A stretch of DNA of 64,000 bases, from positions 64,001 through 128,000 of the forward strand of contig CAWBMV010000006.1 of assembly GCA_963789955.1 (NCBI GenBank), in the 5' to 3' direction. The notes under the pieces were generated by a model. It was not told the DNA's origin and did not search any database. It saw only the letters and a list, made by a program, of their open reading frames with translations. The stretch's first letter is position 1. Each line of letters opens with the position of its first letter. The stretch is from an uncultured Candidatus Rokubacteria bacterium (GTDB lineage Bacteria > Methylomirabilota > Methylomirabilia > Rokubacteriales > CSP1-6). A program made the position numbers and the translations under genes. Of this stretch, positions 39,457 through 50,898 are shown piece by piece.

Positions 39457-40505
39457 AAGCCATCACGTTCCACGGTGTCGGTGACGTGCGAGTGCAGGAC
39501 GTCGCGGAGCCCAAGGTCGTCGATCCGACCGACGTCGTCGTGAAGATCACCACGAGCGCCGTCTGCGGCTCGGACCTGCACCAGTACCACGGACGCGGCG
39601 GCGCGCTCGTGCAGACCGGCGCCGTCATGGGACACGAGTTCATGGGCACCGTCGAGGATCTCGGGCCCGCGGTCCGCCAGGTCCGCCGGGGTGACCGCGT
39701 GATCGTGCCGTTCTCGGTCTCGTGCGGCACCTGCGAATGGTGCCGGCGACGGCTACCCACCCAGTGCACGACGACCGGGCGTGCCGTCTTCGGCGGGCGA
39801 TTCGGCCACGTGTGGGGCGGCGGTCAGGCCCAGCTCATTCGCGTGCCGTTCGCCGACCACCTCTGCGAGCTGGTGCCGGCGGAGATGACCGACCACGACG
39901 CGATCTTCCTTGGCGACATCCTCTCGACCGGGTACTTCTGCGCCGAGAACGGCGGGATCCGCCCGGGTGACAACGTCGCCGTGTTCGGCGCCGGGCCGGT
40001 CGGACTGCTCGCGATGCAGTCGGCGCAGCTCTTCGGCCCGGCCCGGCTCTTCGCGATCGATCGCGTCGACTATCGGCTGAAGCTGGCCGAGGAATTCGGC
40101 GCCGAGCCGGTGAATCTCGACCGCGGGGATCCCGCCGAGCAGCTGCGCGGGCTGACGGGCGGGCGCGGCCCCGACGTGGTGCTCGAGTGCGTCGGCCACG
40201 AGACGCCGTTCACCCAGGCGATCCAGGCCGTGCGCGCGGGCGGCACGGTCGCGTCCGTCGGCGTGTACGTCGAGACGAGCCTGGGTTTCCCGGCGCGCGA
40301 GGCCTTCTTCAAGGACCTGACCCTGAAGATGGGGATCTGCAACGCGCGCAACTACATGACGCCGCTGCTGCCGCTGGTGCGCGTGGGCAAGCTCAAGCCC
40401 TCGCGCATCATCACGCACACGATGGCGCTCGGTGACGCGCCGAAGGGCTACGCGATCTTCGACCGGAAGGAAGACCGCGCGATCAAGGTGATGCTCCGGC
40501 CGTAG
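39453..40505 (+). CDS. Zn-dependent alcohol/aldehyde dehydrogenase (MDR family)
   Basis: CGSDLH, GHEFMG, CGTCEWC..C, GDILSTG, GAGPVG. Confidence 0.93.
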   Translation: MKAITFHGVGDVRVQDVAEPKVVDPTDVVVKITTSAVCGSDLHQYHGRGGALVQTGAVMGHEFMGTVEDLGPAVRQVRRGDRVIVPFSVSCGTCEWCRRRLPTQCTTTGRAVFGGRFGHVWGGGQAQLIRVPFADHLCELVPAEMTDHDAIFLGDILSTGYFCAENGGIRPGDNVAVFGAGPVGLLAMQSAQLFGPARLFAIDRVDYRLKLAEEFGAEPVNLDRGDPAEQLRGLTGGRGPDVVLECVGHETPFTQAIQAVRAGGTVASVGVYVETSLGFPAREAFFKDLTLKMGICNARNYMTPLLPLVRVGKLKPSRIITHTMALGDAPKGYAIFDRKEDRAIKVMLRP

Positions 40506-40506
40506 G

Positions 40507-41010
40507 TCAGGAGCGCGGCGCCTCTTCCTTCGGCTCGCCTTTCAGGAGATCGTCCAGAATCTTCGGGAGACGCGCCACCGCCGACGCGCCGTGGATCTGC
40601 GCGACCATCTCGCCCCGCCGGTCGATCACGACCGTGTACGGCGTGCCCTTGAAGCCGAAGGTGTTCCCGATCGTGAGCCGCGGGTCGAGCGCCACCGGAT
40701 AGGTCACCTTGTACTTGCGCACGAACGCCCGCGTGTCGGCCGCGGTGTCCTGCACGTGGATCGCCACCACTTCGACCTCCCGCGAGCGGTACTTCTCGAA
40801 GAGGCGGCCGAGGGCCGGCGCCTCCTTCGCGCACGCCTTGCAGTAGGAGGCCTGGAACCGCAGCACGAGGATCTTCTTGCCGATGAGGTCGCGCGAGTCG
40901 AGTGACGTCTTGCCGTCGATCAGGCGAACCTTGAACCCCGGCGCGGCGGGCGCCGCTTCGCTGCTGGCGGTCAAGGCGAGGAGCAGCGCGAACACGACGA
41001 AGCGAGTCAC
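40507..41010 (-). CDS. TlpA/ResA-type thiol-disulfide oxidoreductase
   Basis: Signal peptide, FQASYCKAC, KGTPYTVVIDRRG. Confidence 0.88.
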   Translation of the reverse strand: MTRFVVFALLLALTASSEAAPAAPGFKVRLIDGKTSLDSRDLIGKKILVLRFQASYCKACAKEAPALGRLFEKYRSREVEVVAIHVQDTAADTRAFVRKYKVTYPVALDPRLTIGNTFGFKGTPYTVVIDRRGEMVAQIHGASAVARLPKILDDLLKGEPKEEAPRS

Positions 41011-41055
41011 ACGACTATAGTACCCGTAGGCATCGCCCCGCGACCACCGAGTATA

Positions 41056-43956
41056 ATGGCCGAGGTGAACGACCTCGAACGCGAGCTGGGCAAGGCCATC
41101 CGCGGCAACGTCCGCTTCGACGCCGGCTCCCGCCTCCTCTACTCGACCGACGCGTCCATGTACCAGATGGAGCCGGTCGGTGTCGTGATCCCGCGCGACG
41201 CCGATGACGTGCAAGCGGCCATCGAGACCGCGGCCCGCCACAAGGTCGCGATCCTGCCCCGGGGCGGCGGGACCTCGCTGACCGGCCAGACCGTCAACCG
41301 CGCGCTCGTCCTCGATTTCTCGCGCTACATGGACCAGGTGCTCGAGGTGAACGCCGAGGAGCTGTGGGCGCGCGTGCAGCCCGGGCTCGTGCAGGACAAC
41401 CTGAATCACCACGTGCGAGGCGCTGGGGCTCGGCTTCGGCCCGGACACCTCGACGTCCAATCGCGCCACCCTGGGCGGCATGCTCGGCAATAACTCGGGC
41501 GGTTCGCACTCGATCGCGTACGGCCTCACCGTCGAGCACGTGATCGAGCTGACGACCGTGCTCGCCGACGGTTCGCGCGCGGTATTCGGCGAGGTCACCC
41601 CCGACGAGTTCGCGGCCAAGTGCCGGGCGCCGGGGCTCGAGGGTCAGATCTACCGCGAGGTGGCGCGGATCCGCGACACGTACGCGGACGAGATCCAGGC
41701 GAAGTATCCGGCGCACTGGCGCCGGGTCTCCGGCTACAACCTGAACGAGCTCGTGCCCGCGATCGGCCGGCGGCATGCCACGAACGGCAAGCCGCTCAAC
41801 ATGGCGAGACTGATCGTCGGCTCCGAAGGCACGTTCCTGACCGTGGTCGAGGCGAAGATGCGCCTGATCCGCCGGCCGAAGAAGACGGCGGTCGAGGTGA
41901 TCCACTACCGGGAGATCCAGGAAGCGCTCGAGTCCTCGACGTCGATCTTGGAGACGGGCCCCTACGCGGTCGAGCTGACCGACAAGATGATCCTCGACCT
42001 CGCCCGGAACAACATCGAGCAGTCGCAACGGATGGGGTTCGTCCACGGCGACCCGGGCGCGATCATGATCGTCGAGTACGCGGGCGAGACCGACGCCGAG
42101 GTGCGCGCCAAGATCGAGGCGCTCGATGCGCGCCGCCAGCGCGAGCGATTCGGCTACACCGCGCACGTGGCCCACGACGCGGCCGAGCAGGCCTCGATCT
42201 GGAAGCTGCGGAAGGCCGGGCTCGGGCTCCTGCTCGGGATGAAGGGCGACAAGAAGCCGATCGCGTTCGTCGAGGACACGGCGGTCGCGCCCCAGCACCT
42301 GGCCGAGTTCGTGAGCCGCTTCCGCGAGATCTTCGCCAAGCACGACACCGAGGGCGCCTACTACGGCCACTGCTCGGTCGGCTGCCTGCACATCCGCCCG
42401 GTCATCGATCTGAAAACCCCGCGCGGGCTCGAGCAGGTGAAGGCGATCGCCGACGAGATCACCGATCTGGTCGTGAGATTCAACGGGACGATCTCGAGCG
42501 AGCACGGCGACGGCCGGGCGCGCAGCCCCTTCCTCGAGCGCATGTACGGCCCGCGCATCATGCAGGCCTTCCGCGAGCTCAAGCGCGCCTTCGACCCCGA
42601 CAACCGGATGAATCCCGGCAACATCGTCGCGCCCGCCGGCGTCACCGACCACCTGCGCTACGGCACGCAGTACACGACGTGGGAGCCGAAGACCTTGCTC
42701 GACTTCTCCGAGCAGGGCGGGTTCGCGGCCTCGATCGAAATGTGCAACGGCGTCGGCGCCTGCCGCAAGACGCTCGAGGGCACGATGTGCCCGTCGTACA
42801 TGGCGACGAAGGACGAGGAGCACTCGACTCGCGGGCGCGCCAACGCGCTGCGCGCCGTGCTCTCCGGGCGCCTGCCGGCCAAGGAGTTCACGGGGCGCCG
42901 CCTGTACGAGGTGATGGACCTCTGTCTCGAGTGCAAAGGCTGCAAAGCCGAGTGCCCGTCGAACGTGGACATGGCGAAGCTCAAGTACGAGTTTCTCCAC
43001 CACTACTACCAGGCGAACGGCCTGCCGCTGCGCAACCGCCTGTTCGGACGCATCGCGCGGATGAATCACCTGGGCGCTCGGGCGCCCGGGCTCGTGAACT
43101 GGATCTCGACGCTCGCGCCCAGCCGCTGGGTGCTCGAAAAGGTCGCGGGCATCGACCGGCGGCGGCCGCTGCCGTCGCTGGCGCGCGCAGACGTTCACCG
43201 ACTGGTTCGCGCGGCGCACGCCGCCGTCCGCGGCGCCGCGCGGCGAGGTCGTGCTGTTCAACGACACGTTCACCACGTACAACGTGCCGGAGATCGCGCG
43301 CGCCGCCGTCGCGGTGCTGGAAGCGGCCGGCTATCGAGTCGTGCTGATCGACCGCAAGTGCTGTGGGCGTCCGCTGATCTCCAAGGGCATGCTCGCCGAG
43401 GCGCGCGAGCACGCCGCCTGGAACGTCGAGCGCCTGGCGCCCTACGCGCGGCGCGGCGTCCCGATCGTCGGGCTCGAGCCCTCGTGTCTTCTGACCCTGC
43501 GTGACGAGACGGTCGAGCTCGTCCGCACGGACGACGCGCGGGCGGTGGCCCGGCAGTCGTTCCTGTTCGAGGAGTTCCTGGTCCGCGAGCGCGGCCGCGG
43601 CCTCGAGCTTTCGTTCCGCGAGAACGGCAGGAACGGCGCTGCTCCACGGGCACTGCCACCAGAAGGCGCTCGTCGGCACGGCGCCCACCGTCGCGGCGCT
43701 CCGCTGGGCGGGATTCGAGGTCCAGGAGATCGACTCGGGCTGCTGCGGGATGGCCGGCTCGTTCGGCTTCGAGCGCGAACACTACGACATCTCGGTCGCG
43801 CTCGGCAACCGCCGGCTGGCGCCCGCCGTGAAGGCCGCCGCCGCGGAGACCGAGATCGTCGCGCCCGGGATCTCGTGCCGCCAGCAGATCCAGCATCTGG
43901 CCGGCCGCCGGGCCAAGCATCCGGCCGAAGTCCTGCACGAGTCGCTCTCGCGTTAG
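41056..43956 (+). CDS. FAD-binding and Fe-S-binding oxidoreductase (GlcD-GlcF/YdiJ-like; frameshifts near 41420, 43190 and 43635)
   Basis: YSTDASMY, PRGGGTSL, GSEGT, SEHGDG, CNGVGAC, CLECKGC..C, CCG domains, HGHCHQ. The true start may be GTG 41065. Confidence 0.92.
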
Positions 43957-44687
43957 TCCTCGCCTCGATCGCCGCCGTTCTGCTGGCCGCCGTCGTCAAG
44001 GGCGCGATCGGCTTCGGGTTTCCCACCCTGGGAACGCCGCTCCTGGCGCTCGCGGTCGACGTCAAGACGGCCGTGGCGCTCCTGGTCATCCCGAATCTCG
44101 TGATGGACGGCCTCCAGCTGCGCCGGAGCGGCCCGATCGGCGATGCCCCACGCCGGCTGGCGCCGCTCCTGGTCTTCACGATGATCGGCACGGTCATCGG
44201 TACGAAGCTGCTCGTCATGCTCTCGCCCCGGACGGCCACCCTGCTGCTCGGCGGCTTCATCCTGGGCTACGTGCTGCTCGATCTCGCGCGGTTCTCCCCG
44301 CGGGTACCCAAGAGCTGGGAGCTCAGGCTCGCGGCCCCGGTCGGGCTCGCGGCCGGCATCATGGGCGGCATCACCAACGCCCCCGGCACGGCGATCGCGC
44401 TCTACTTCGTCGCGCTGGGGATGGAGAAGCGGGAATTCGTCCGCTCGATCGCCTTCACGTTTCTGGTGGTGAAGACGGTGCAGCTCGTGACGCTCGTCTG
44501 GTACGGCCTGCTCGACTGGTACCTGGTCGGCGTCTCGCTCGGGCTGGCCGTGACGGGCCTGGCCGGCTTCTGGCTCGGCTTGAAGCTTCAGGACCGGCTG
44601 GACCAGCGCTCCTTCAGCCGGGCGGTGCTGGTGTTCCTGGCCGTGCTCGGGGTGTGGCTGGTGGCGCGGGCGCTACGGGCGGGCTAG
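43953..44687 (+). CDS. Sulfite exporter TauE/SafE family membrane protein (start not identifiable)
   Basis: VKGAIGFGFP, IPNL, GIMGGITNAPG, about 8 TM segments. Confidence 0.85.
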   Translation, partial: LVLASIAAVLLAAVVKGAIGFGFPTLGTPLLALAVDVKTAVALLVIPNLVMDGLQLRRSGPIGDAPRRLAPLLVFTMIGTVIGTKLLVMLSPRTATLLLGGFILGYVLLDLARFSPRVPKSWELRLAAPVGLAAGIMGGITNAPGTAIALYFVALGMEKREFVRSIAFTFLVVKTVQLVTLVWYGLLDWYLVGVSLGLAVTGLAGFWLGLKLQDRLDQRSFSRAVLVFLAVLGVWLVARALRAG

Positions 44688-45181
44688 GGCTGGGCGCCGG
44701 TCAGGAGCGAGAAGATCCGGCGAATCAGCTCCTCGTGGTCCTCGATGTTGTGCTGGAAGATCCGCAGCTCCTTCAGCTCGACGAGGTCCACGGTGCGGAA
44801 GGCCTCGCCCGGGCGCATCGAGCCGAAGGCGATGGCCTGGAAGCACGAGCGGCCGGCCTCGGGCCGGTCCGTCACCAGGATGAAGTAGAGGTTCGGCCAC
44901 TGCCGGCGGGCCATGTAGAAGATCGACCGCTCGCCCCGCTGGTTCTCGACCGACACGAACTGGTAGGCCGACGGCCGATACTTCACCTCGACCAGGAACT
45001 CCCCAGCCGCGTTCTCACCATCCGCCTCGGAAGTGACGCGAAAGTCGGGGGAAAAGTCCTCGCGGCCGAAGCGCAGAGGGGAGGTGTTGTTGCGGAACGG
45101 CCGGATCTGGTAGCGGGCGCGGCGGAAGATAGACTCCACCAGGGCTTCAGCAATACGGCTTTTGACCTCGAGCAGATCCAT
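44684..45181 (-). CDS. Hypothetical protein with PD-(D/E)xK nuclease-like motif
   Basis: GGAGG SD. AEALVE..SPDF..LVEVKYR. Confidence 0.65.
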   Translation of the reverse strand: MDLLEVKSRIAEALVESIFRRARYQIRPFRNNTSPLRFGREDFSPDFRVTSEADGENAAGEFLVEVKYRPSAYQFVSVENQRGERSIFYMARRQWPNLYFILVTDRPEAGRSCFQAIAFGSMRPGEAFRTVDLVELKELRIFQHNIEDHEELIRRIFSLLTGAQP

Positions 45182-45302
45182 GAGCCTCCCCGGACCGGGA
45201 AGAAGCGCTGAAACCCGCGCCGATGTGGCGCAGTTACATAGTATCATCCGCCGGGGTCTCGCCCCGAAGCCCTAAGTCACGACCTATACCAAGGAGGTAG
45301 CA

Positions 45303-46133
45303 ATGCTCACTCGACGCCAGATGATCGCCACCACCGGCACGTTCGCCGGATATGCCGTCGCCGTCGACAAGGTGCTGGCCCAGGCGATCAAGACCGACAC
45401 CGACGGGATCGTCGCGGGCGACCAGGTCGTCAAGATGGGGAGCTACGAGCTGCCCGTCTACGAGGCACGCCCGGCGTCGGGCAAAGATACCCCGATCGTG
45501 CTCGTGATCTCCGAGATCTGGGGCGTCCACGAGTACATTCGCGACTGCACCCGGCGGTTTGCCAAGGCCGGCTATTGCGCGGTCGCCCCCGAGCTCTTCA
45601 AGCGGGAGGGCGGGGTGGGGCAGATTCCCAACGTTCAGGACATCCTGAAGATCGTCCTCGCCCAGAAGCGCGAGCAAACCTTAGGGGATCTCAAGGCGAC
45701 CGTGGACTGGGCCAAGACTCGACCGAACGTGAAGGCGTCGAGCGTCGGCGTGACGGGGTGGTGCTGGGGCGGATCGACCGTCTATCAGGAGGCGGCGACC
45801 AACCACGACATCAAGGGCGCGGTCGCGTGGTATGGGCCGCCGGCGCGCCCCTATCAGGGGGCTTCTGGTCCGGTGACCGGATTCGATCTCGCGAAGGACA
45901 TTCACTGTCCGTTCCTCGGGCTCTACGGCGAGACCGATCAGAACCCGAAGCCCGAAGACGCCAAGAAGATGGGTGAGCTCCTGAAGCAGCACAACAAGAA
46001 CGTCGAGGTCGTCATCTATCCGGGCGCGGGGCACGGCTTCTTCGCGGACTACCGGCCGTCGTACAACGCCGCCGCCGCGCAGGACGCCTGGAAGCGCTGC
46101 ACGGACTTCTTCGCGAAGCACCTGCACGCGTAG
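45303..46133 (+). CDS. Dienelactone hydrolase family protein with Tat-like signal
   Basis: LTRRQMI, SEIWGV, GWCWGG, GETD, GHGFFADYRPSY. Confidence 0.94.
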   Translation: MLTRRQMIATTGTFAGYAVAVDKVLAQAIKTDTDGIVAGDQVVKMGSYELPVYEARPASGKDTPIVLVISEIWGVHEYIRDCTRRFAKAGYCAVAPELFKREGGVGQIPNVQDILKIVLAQKREQTLGDLKATVDWAKTRPNVKASSVGVTGWCWGGSTVYQEAATNHDIKGAVAWYGPPARPYQGASGPVTGFDLAKDIHCPFLGLYGETDQNPKPEDAKKMGELLKQHNKNVEVVIYPGAGHGFFADYRPSYNAAAAQDAWKRCTDFFAKHLHA

Positions 46134-46147
46134 CGCCGCCGAGACCG

Positions 46148-46342
46148 CTACGCGGCGGCCGACACGACCAGCGCCCGGACCGGACGAGTCGAGCCGGCCC
46201 GGGCGCCGGCGTGAGCACCGCGATCGAGCCACGCGGCGAGTGGATAGGACACCGCGTTCCCGCAGCGCGGGCACGGCGCGCCGGCCGATGCGTCGAACAC
46301 CGTGTTGCAGTCGAGCTCGACGCAGAGGGCCGCCGACACCAA
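46148..46342 (-). CDS. Small zinc-ribbon-like protein
   Basis: LCVELDCNTVFD..CPRCG..YPLAAWL. Start uncertain. Confidence 0.6.
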   Translation of the reverse strand: MVSAALCVELDCNTVFDASAGAPCPRCGNAVSYPLAAWLDRGAHAGARAGSTRPVRALVVSAAA

Positions 46343-46375
46343 GGCTGAATGCCGGCCGGTCTATCGAGTCGCGGA

Positions 46376-47432
46376 TCACCGTCGTCTCCCACCGTCTACG
46401 ACACGAGCCTCGAGCACAGCGGCCAGGGTATTGGCCGTCTTGCGCCCCGGTGTCAGCCACATTGGGCGAACAGGCAGCTTGCTCGCGATGCCCACCACGC
46501 GCCGCGGCGTGCCCAGGTCCGACCAGGTGACATCGGGCAGGCGCGAGACGCCGAGCCAGCTCGGGCAGCGCTCCAGAACTCCACGGGAGAAGTCGGAGCT
46601 CGGTATCAGCGAATAGGCCTGGCGGACGGCCCATCCTTCGTGGCGGCTTCCCGAGAACGCGGCGATGAGATTCAGCCGGTCGTCGACGTCGGGCAGGTAC
46701 TCGTGCCCGGCATCGAGCAAGGTCGGCAAGGTGGTCACGAACGCGAAGGTGTTCCAGAGCCAGCCGCTCGACATGCACCGCTCGGCGCTCTCGGGCTCGG
46801 GCTTCTCGAGGAAGCCCTGGACGCGACAGATCGGCCCATCGCTCGTCTCGCCCAGCGCGGTGCCGGGCCGTACCCAGCCGTATTCGGGCTCGGGCGCCGT
46901 CGGCCGTGCGCCGAGCAGAACGAGACGCTCGGGATGACGCTCGACGAAGGCGCTCACCTCGCTGACGTGGGCGAGGAACGCGTCCTCCTCGCGGATGTAG
47001 TGATCGGACGGAAAGACGGCGACGACCGCCTCGGGATCGAGCCGGCGAATCGTATGGGCGGCGAAGAGCACGGCGGTGCCGGTGCCGCGATTCTCCGGCT
47101 GCAGGAGCACGTGCGGCGCCGCGACGTCGCACAGCTCGCGGTCGAGGTACCGGGAGTGATCGTACTGGCTCACGACCAGGGTGCGCTCGGGGGGCACGAG
47201 ACGCCCCACGCGCTCCAGGGTCTGCTTGAGGAGCGAGGATGGGCCGAGCAGCGGCACGTATTGCTTGGGCCGGTCCTGCGCCGAACAGGCGCTGCACGAG
47301 CGGCCTGAGCCGGCTGCCCTCGCCACCGGCGAGCACGATGGCCCAGGTCCTGGAATCGGCGCGCGCCGCGCGATCGACCGCGAGCCTCAGATCTGGAAGG
47401 GATTCGAGTGCTACAGCGCCCGTCTTGCCCAT
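46376..47432 (-). CDS. Mannose-1-phosphate guanylyltransferase-like nucleotidyltransferase (frameshift near 47285)
   Basis: VLAGGEGSRL, RPKQY, QPENRGT, FPSDH, YGW, FLEKP, WNTF, DFS, WSDLG. Confidence 0.9.
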
Positions 47433-47609
47433 CACGTCTTCCCCCTCGTGCACCCCCGGCGAGTCGGTGAGGCATCACCACGCGAGCCCGGGGCTCGCGC
47501 ACCCATCTGCGAGGATTTGCCAGCGGGGCGGAGGGAACAATCGGGGAAACCACCTGAATGGCCAATCCGGAAGACCGGACCGCCGGACGACCGGCCGGAA
47601 GGCGACGAC

Positions 47610-48275
47610 TCAGACGACGGCGAAGAATCGGGCGGGCGCGCCCTCCGTGCCGGCGATCTTGTAGAAGGGCGCGGCGAAATCCACACGACGGCGCGGCAAT
47701 GCGCCGAGGTTCGTCAGACCCTCCATGATCACGACCCCGGCACCCAGGATCACCCGGTGCATCGGAAAGTCCTCGGACGAAAAGTCCGGCAGGCGGGCGC
47801 AGTACTCCTCGAAGAAGTCGAAGCCGATGTTCTTGGCACCCCGAGCCACCAGCCACTCCGCGGACTCCGGCGGGAAGTACGGCGACTGGGTGAAGTAGTC
47901 GGGCCACCGGCCGTACATCTTGTCGGTCCAGTCGGTGCGCAGGAGCACGATGTCGCCGTGCCGCACATCGTCGGCACCGCCGCGCTTGAGATCGTCGATC
48001 GTGATCGCGTGGTTCGCCCCCGCGAACGAGAGGTCGACCACCACGGCCTCCCCCATCACCTGGTCGAGCGCGATCTCGGCGGTCGTGATGCCGTCCTTGA
48101 AGACGTGCAGCGGCGAGTCGATGTGCGCGCCGGTGTGAAGGCTCTGGTTCACGCTCGAGACCTGCCAGAAGCCGGGCCCGCGGCGATGCGGCGTGATCTC
48201 GAGCCGCATGTTGGTGGACGGCGGCGAGAGCGTCGCGTTGTCGACGGTGACCGACAGGTCGATATAGCGCTTCAC
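47610..48275 (-). CDS. Cyclase family metal-dependent hydrolase (kynurenine formamidase-like)
   Basis: HTGAHIDSPLH, VLLRTDW, IGFD, HRVILG..IMEGLTNL, GAPAR. Confidence 0.9.
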   Translation of the reverse strand: MKRYIDLSVTVDNATLSPPSTNMRLEITPHRRGPGFWQVSSVNQSLHTGAHIDSPLHVFKDGITTAEIALDQVMGEAVVVDLSFAGANHAITIDDLKRGGADDVRHGDIVLLRTDWTDKMYGRWPDYFTQSPYFPPESAEWLVARGAKNIGFDFFEEYCARLPDFSSEDFPMHRVILGAGVVIMEGLTNLGALPRRRVDFAAPFYKIAGTEGAPARFFAVV

Positions 48276-49663
48276 GAGCGACCCTCCTGTCCCTGACTCA
48301 GGCGATCCACGAGGCTCCGGGCCCAGGCCATCTTCTCGGCCGACATCACGAGCTTCTCGGCAAACGGCTGACCGAAGGGGCGGGTGGCATCGATGCCCAG
48401 CTTGGCGGTGACGCCGCGCTCGTCGGCGCTGGGGTCGAGCATGGCGCCGAGGCTGCCCGCGATCACGACGAGGTCGCGGTCGGCCTGCATCCGGGTCGCG
48501 ACCGCCCAGAGCACCTCCGATTCGTCGAAGACGTCGATGTCGTCGTCGACGACGATCACGAGCTTCAGGTAGTGGTCCACGCCGAGTACGATCGGGATCA
48601 CGTGCTTGGCCTCGCCGGGGCGGCCCTGCGCGATGGACACGTAGGCGGTGAACGACGAGGTGCCCGAGAGCGGCACGTGCACGCCGCGCACGTTCGGGAT
48701 GACGCGGCCGAGCGCGTTGGCGATCTCGGCTTCGCGGATCAGCCCGAGCGTCGTGATGTGGTCGCCCGCGCGGCCGGAGCCGATCGACTGGAACCAGGGA
48801 CGCTCGCGCATCGCCACGGCCTTCGCCACGAACACGTGCTCGGTCGAGCGACGGGAGACATAGCCGGTGAACTCGCCGAACGGCCCCTCGGGCTCGCGCA
48901 CTCCGGGCAAGATCTCGCCCTCGATGACGATCTCGGCCGACGCCGGCACGTGCAGATCGATGGTCCCGCAGGGCGCGACCTGGAGCGGCTCGCCGAGCAG
49001 ACCGCCCACGACCTCGAACTTGCCGACGTCCGCCGGCGGGTACGCGAGCGAGCCCATCGACACGAGCGGGTGCAGACCGAGCACGATCGCGCACGGGAGC
49101 GCGCGTCCCTTGGCTTCCGCGCGGCGCTGGTACTCGAACATCCGCCGCCGCGAGTGCAGGCTCACGCCCATGCGATCGCGGCCCTTCAGCTGGAAACGGT
49201 GATAGCCCTCGGTCTCGACGCCGGTGTCCGGGTCGCGCGCGACCAGCATGCCGGCGGTGAGGTAGCGCCCGGCGTCGCCGGGAAAGTAGCGCGGGATGGG
49301 CAGCCGCGTCAGGTCCAGGGAAGGCCCGGTGAGCACGCGATGGCGAAACGGGGGATCGGGCACGACGACCGGCTTCACGTGGTCCTTGATGCGGCGCGCG
49401 TACTCGGCAGCGACGCCGCGCTCGTCGACCCCGAGCGCGAAGGCGAGCGCCCGGCGGCTCGCCACGACGTTGCAGACGATGGGGATGTCGTGGCCGGCGA
49501 CCCGGTCGAAGAAGAGGATCGGGTAGCGACGGCGGCGCTCGTACTCGAGGACGAGCGCCATCACGTCCTCTTCCAAGGTGACCGGCTCGGTCACGCGGAT
49601 CACCTCGCCCGGGTGAGCCCGCTCGTAGTCGGCGACGAAGCTCCGGAGGTCCTGATCGGCCAT
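48272..49663 (-). CDS. UbiD family prFMN-dependent (de)carboxylase
   Basis: DAGRYLT, GYHRFQ, EIVIEG, EGPFGEFTGY, VDDDID, WAVATR, KLGIDAT. Confidence 0.94.
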   Translation of the reverse strand: MADQDLRSFVADYERAHPGEVIRVTEPVTLEEDVMALVLEYERRRRYPILFFDRVAGHDIPIVCNVVASRRALAFALGVDERGVAAEYARRIKDHVKPVVVPDPPFRHRVLTGPSLDLTRLPIPRYFPGDAGRYLTAGMLVARDPDTGVETEGYHRFQLKGRDRMGVSLHSRRRMFEYQRRAEAKGRALPCAIVLGLHPLVSMGSLAYPPADVGKFEVVGGLLGEPLQVAPCGTIDLHVPASAEIVIEGEILPGVREPEGPFGEFTGYVSRRSTEHVFVAKAVAMRERPWFQSIGSGRAGDHITTLGLIREAEIANALGRVIPNVRGVHVPLSGTSSFTAYVSIAQGRPGEAKHVIPIVLGVDHYLKLVIVVDDDIDVFDESEVLWAVATRMQADRDLVVIAGSLGAMLDPSADERGVTAKLGIDATRPFGQPFAEKLVMSAEKMAWARSLVDRLSQGQEGRS

Positions 49664-49690
49664 GGCAGTCGATCCTACCCCGAGACGGCC

Positions 49691-50795
49691 TCAGAAGTGG
49701 AAGTGCGTGCCGATGCCGAAGTACTGCACCTTGTCCTTGTAGAACTGGCCGTTCGGCGAGTGGCCGTTGAAGTACTCGAGCAGGATCTGCAGCTTGCGCG
49801 TCAGCAGCACGCCGTCGATCTCGATCCCGGCGCGGGCCGAGATGTCCGCGTTCCAGTCGTTCTCTTCGTGCTGCTTGACGTCGACCGCCGCGATGGGCCG
49901 CCACCGCGACTGGCGCGAGGGCCACGGGCTCGTGAGCTCGAGCCCGTACTGCACCCACAACGGATCGAGGTTCGACGGCGTCTGGCCGAACAGGTAGCCG
50001 ACGCCCGCGTACGGCCGGACCACGTCGGCGAACTCGTAGGAGAACCTGAGGTCGATCGCCCCGTAGGTGACGTTGATCCGGTTGGTCCGCGTGCGCAGCA
50101 GGAACTCGTCGCCGAGGTGGCTGCTCTGGTGGAACACGCGGAACTGGGTGCTGAAATCCTGGTAGCGAAGGCTGAGACGGAATCCCGACCATGTAGTCGG
50201 CGTTGACGAGATCGAACGAGGGCGAGTCGATGTCGAAGACCGAGAAGACGCCGGCCTGCAGACCGACCTCCCACCACGCGCTCCCGATCCGATCGCGGTA
50301 GAAGGCGAAGCTTTCGCCGAAGCTCACCGCCGCGAGGTCGCTGAAGTTCTTGTCGCCGATGTAGTGCTGCCACGACGCTCCGAAGTGCGGCCAGCGCGGG
50401 TCGGCGATCAGCGGCCGGAAGAGCAGGCCGCCCGGAAACACTCCGGTTTGCCAGTCGGTGAGAACGCGCGGGGGCTCCGCGGCGGTTGTCGTCGTCGTGA
50501 TCGACTGCGTGAGCGGCGGCACGGCGCCGGGCTCGAGCACCACCACGCGCGCGACGCCGCGGATCCGCTCGAGCTCGGCGACCACGCGGGCCCGATCGAC
50601 CGTCGCGATATCCGAGGCCGCGAGGCTGACGACCCCGTTCTCGACGCGCAACGACGGGACGGTCAGAGAGAACTCGCGCTCGAGAACGGCGGCGGCGTAC
50701 CCGGCGATGAACGAGTCGTCGCCCGGTGCCGCCGCGGCGTGCGAGACCGCGAGCAGGAGGAGCAGCATCGACACGAGCGACGTCGCGCGGAACAT
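49691..50795 (-). CDS. DUF1207-like outer-membrane protein (frameshift near 50175)
   Basis: Signal peptide, FRPLIADPRWPHF, DLVNADY, FHQSSHLGDEF, GHSPNGQFY, C-terminal Phe. Confidence 0.82.
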
Positions 50796-50847
50796 GGTGA
50801 CGCCTCCGCAAGGAAAGGAACCCGCGTGGGCTCCGCGTGGTTTCGGT

Positions 50848-50877
50848 TTGACAGCCGAGTGGCCCGGCTGCTATGAA
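50848..50877 (+). promoter_or_regulatory. Putative sigma70 promoter of the IclR gene
   Basis: TTGACA-N18-TATGAA with a TG extension. Confidence 0.55.
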
Positions 50878-50898
50878 GCAAGCGCTCCGCGGAATGCC

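Noticed and set aside
40507..41010. Selenoprotein redoxin
   Set aside because: The active site is an ordinary CKAC with no in-frame TGA.
47505..47525. Sigma54 promoter upstream of the nucleotidyltransferase (TGGCAAATCCTCGC)
   Set aside because: GG-to-GC spacing is 9 nt rather than 10.
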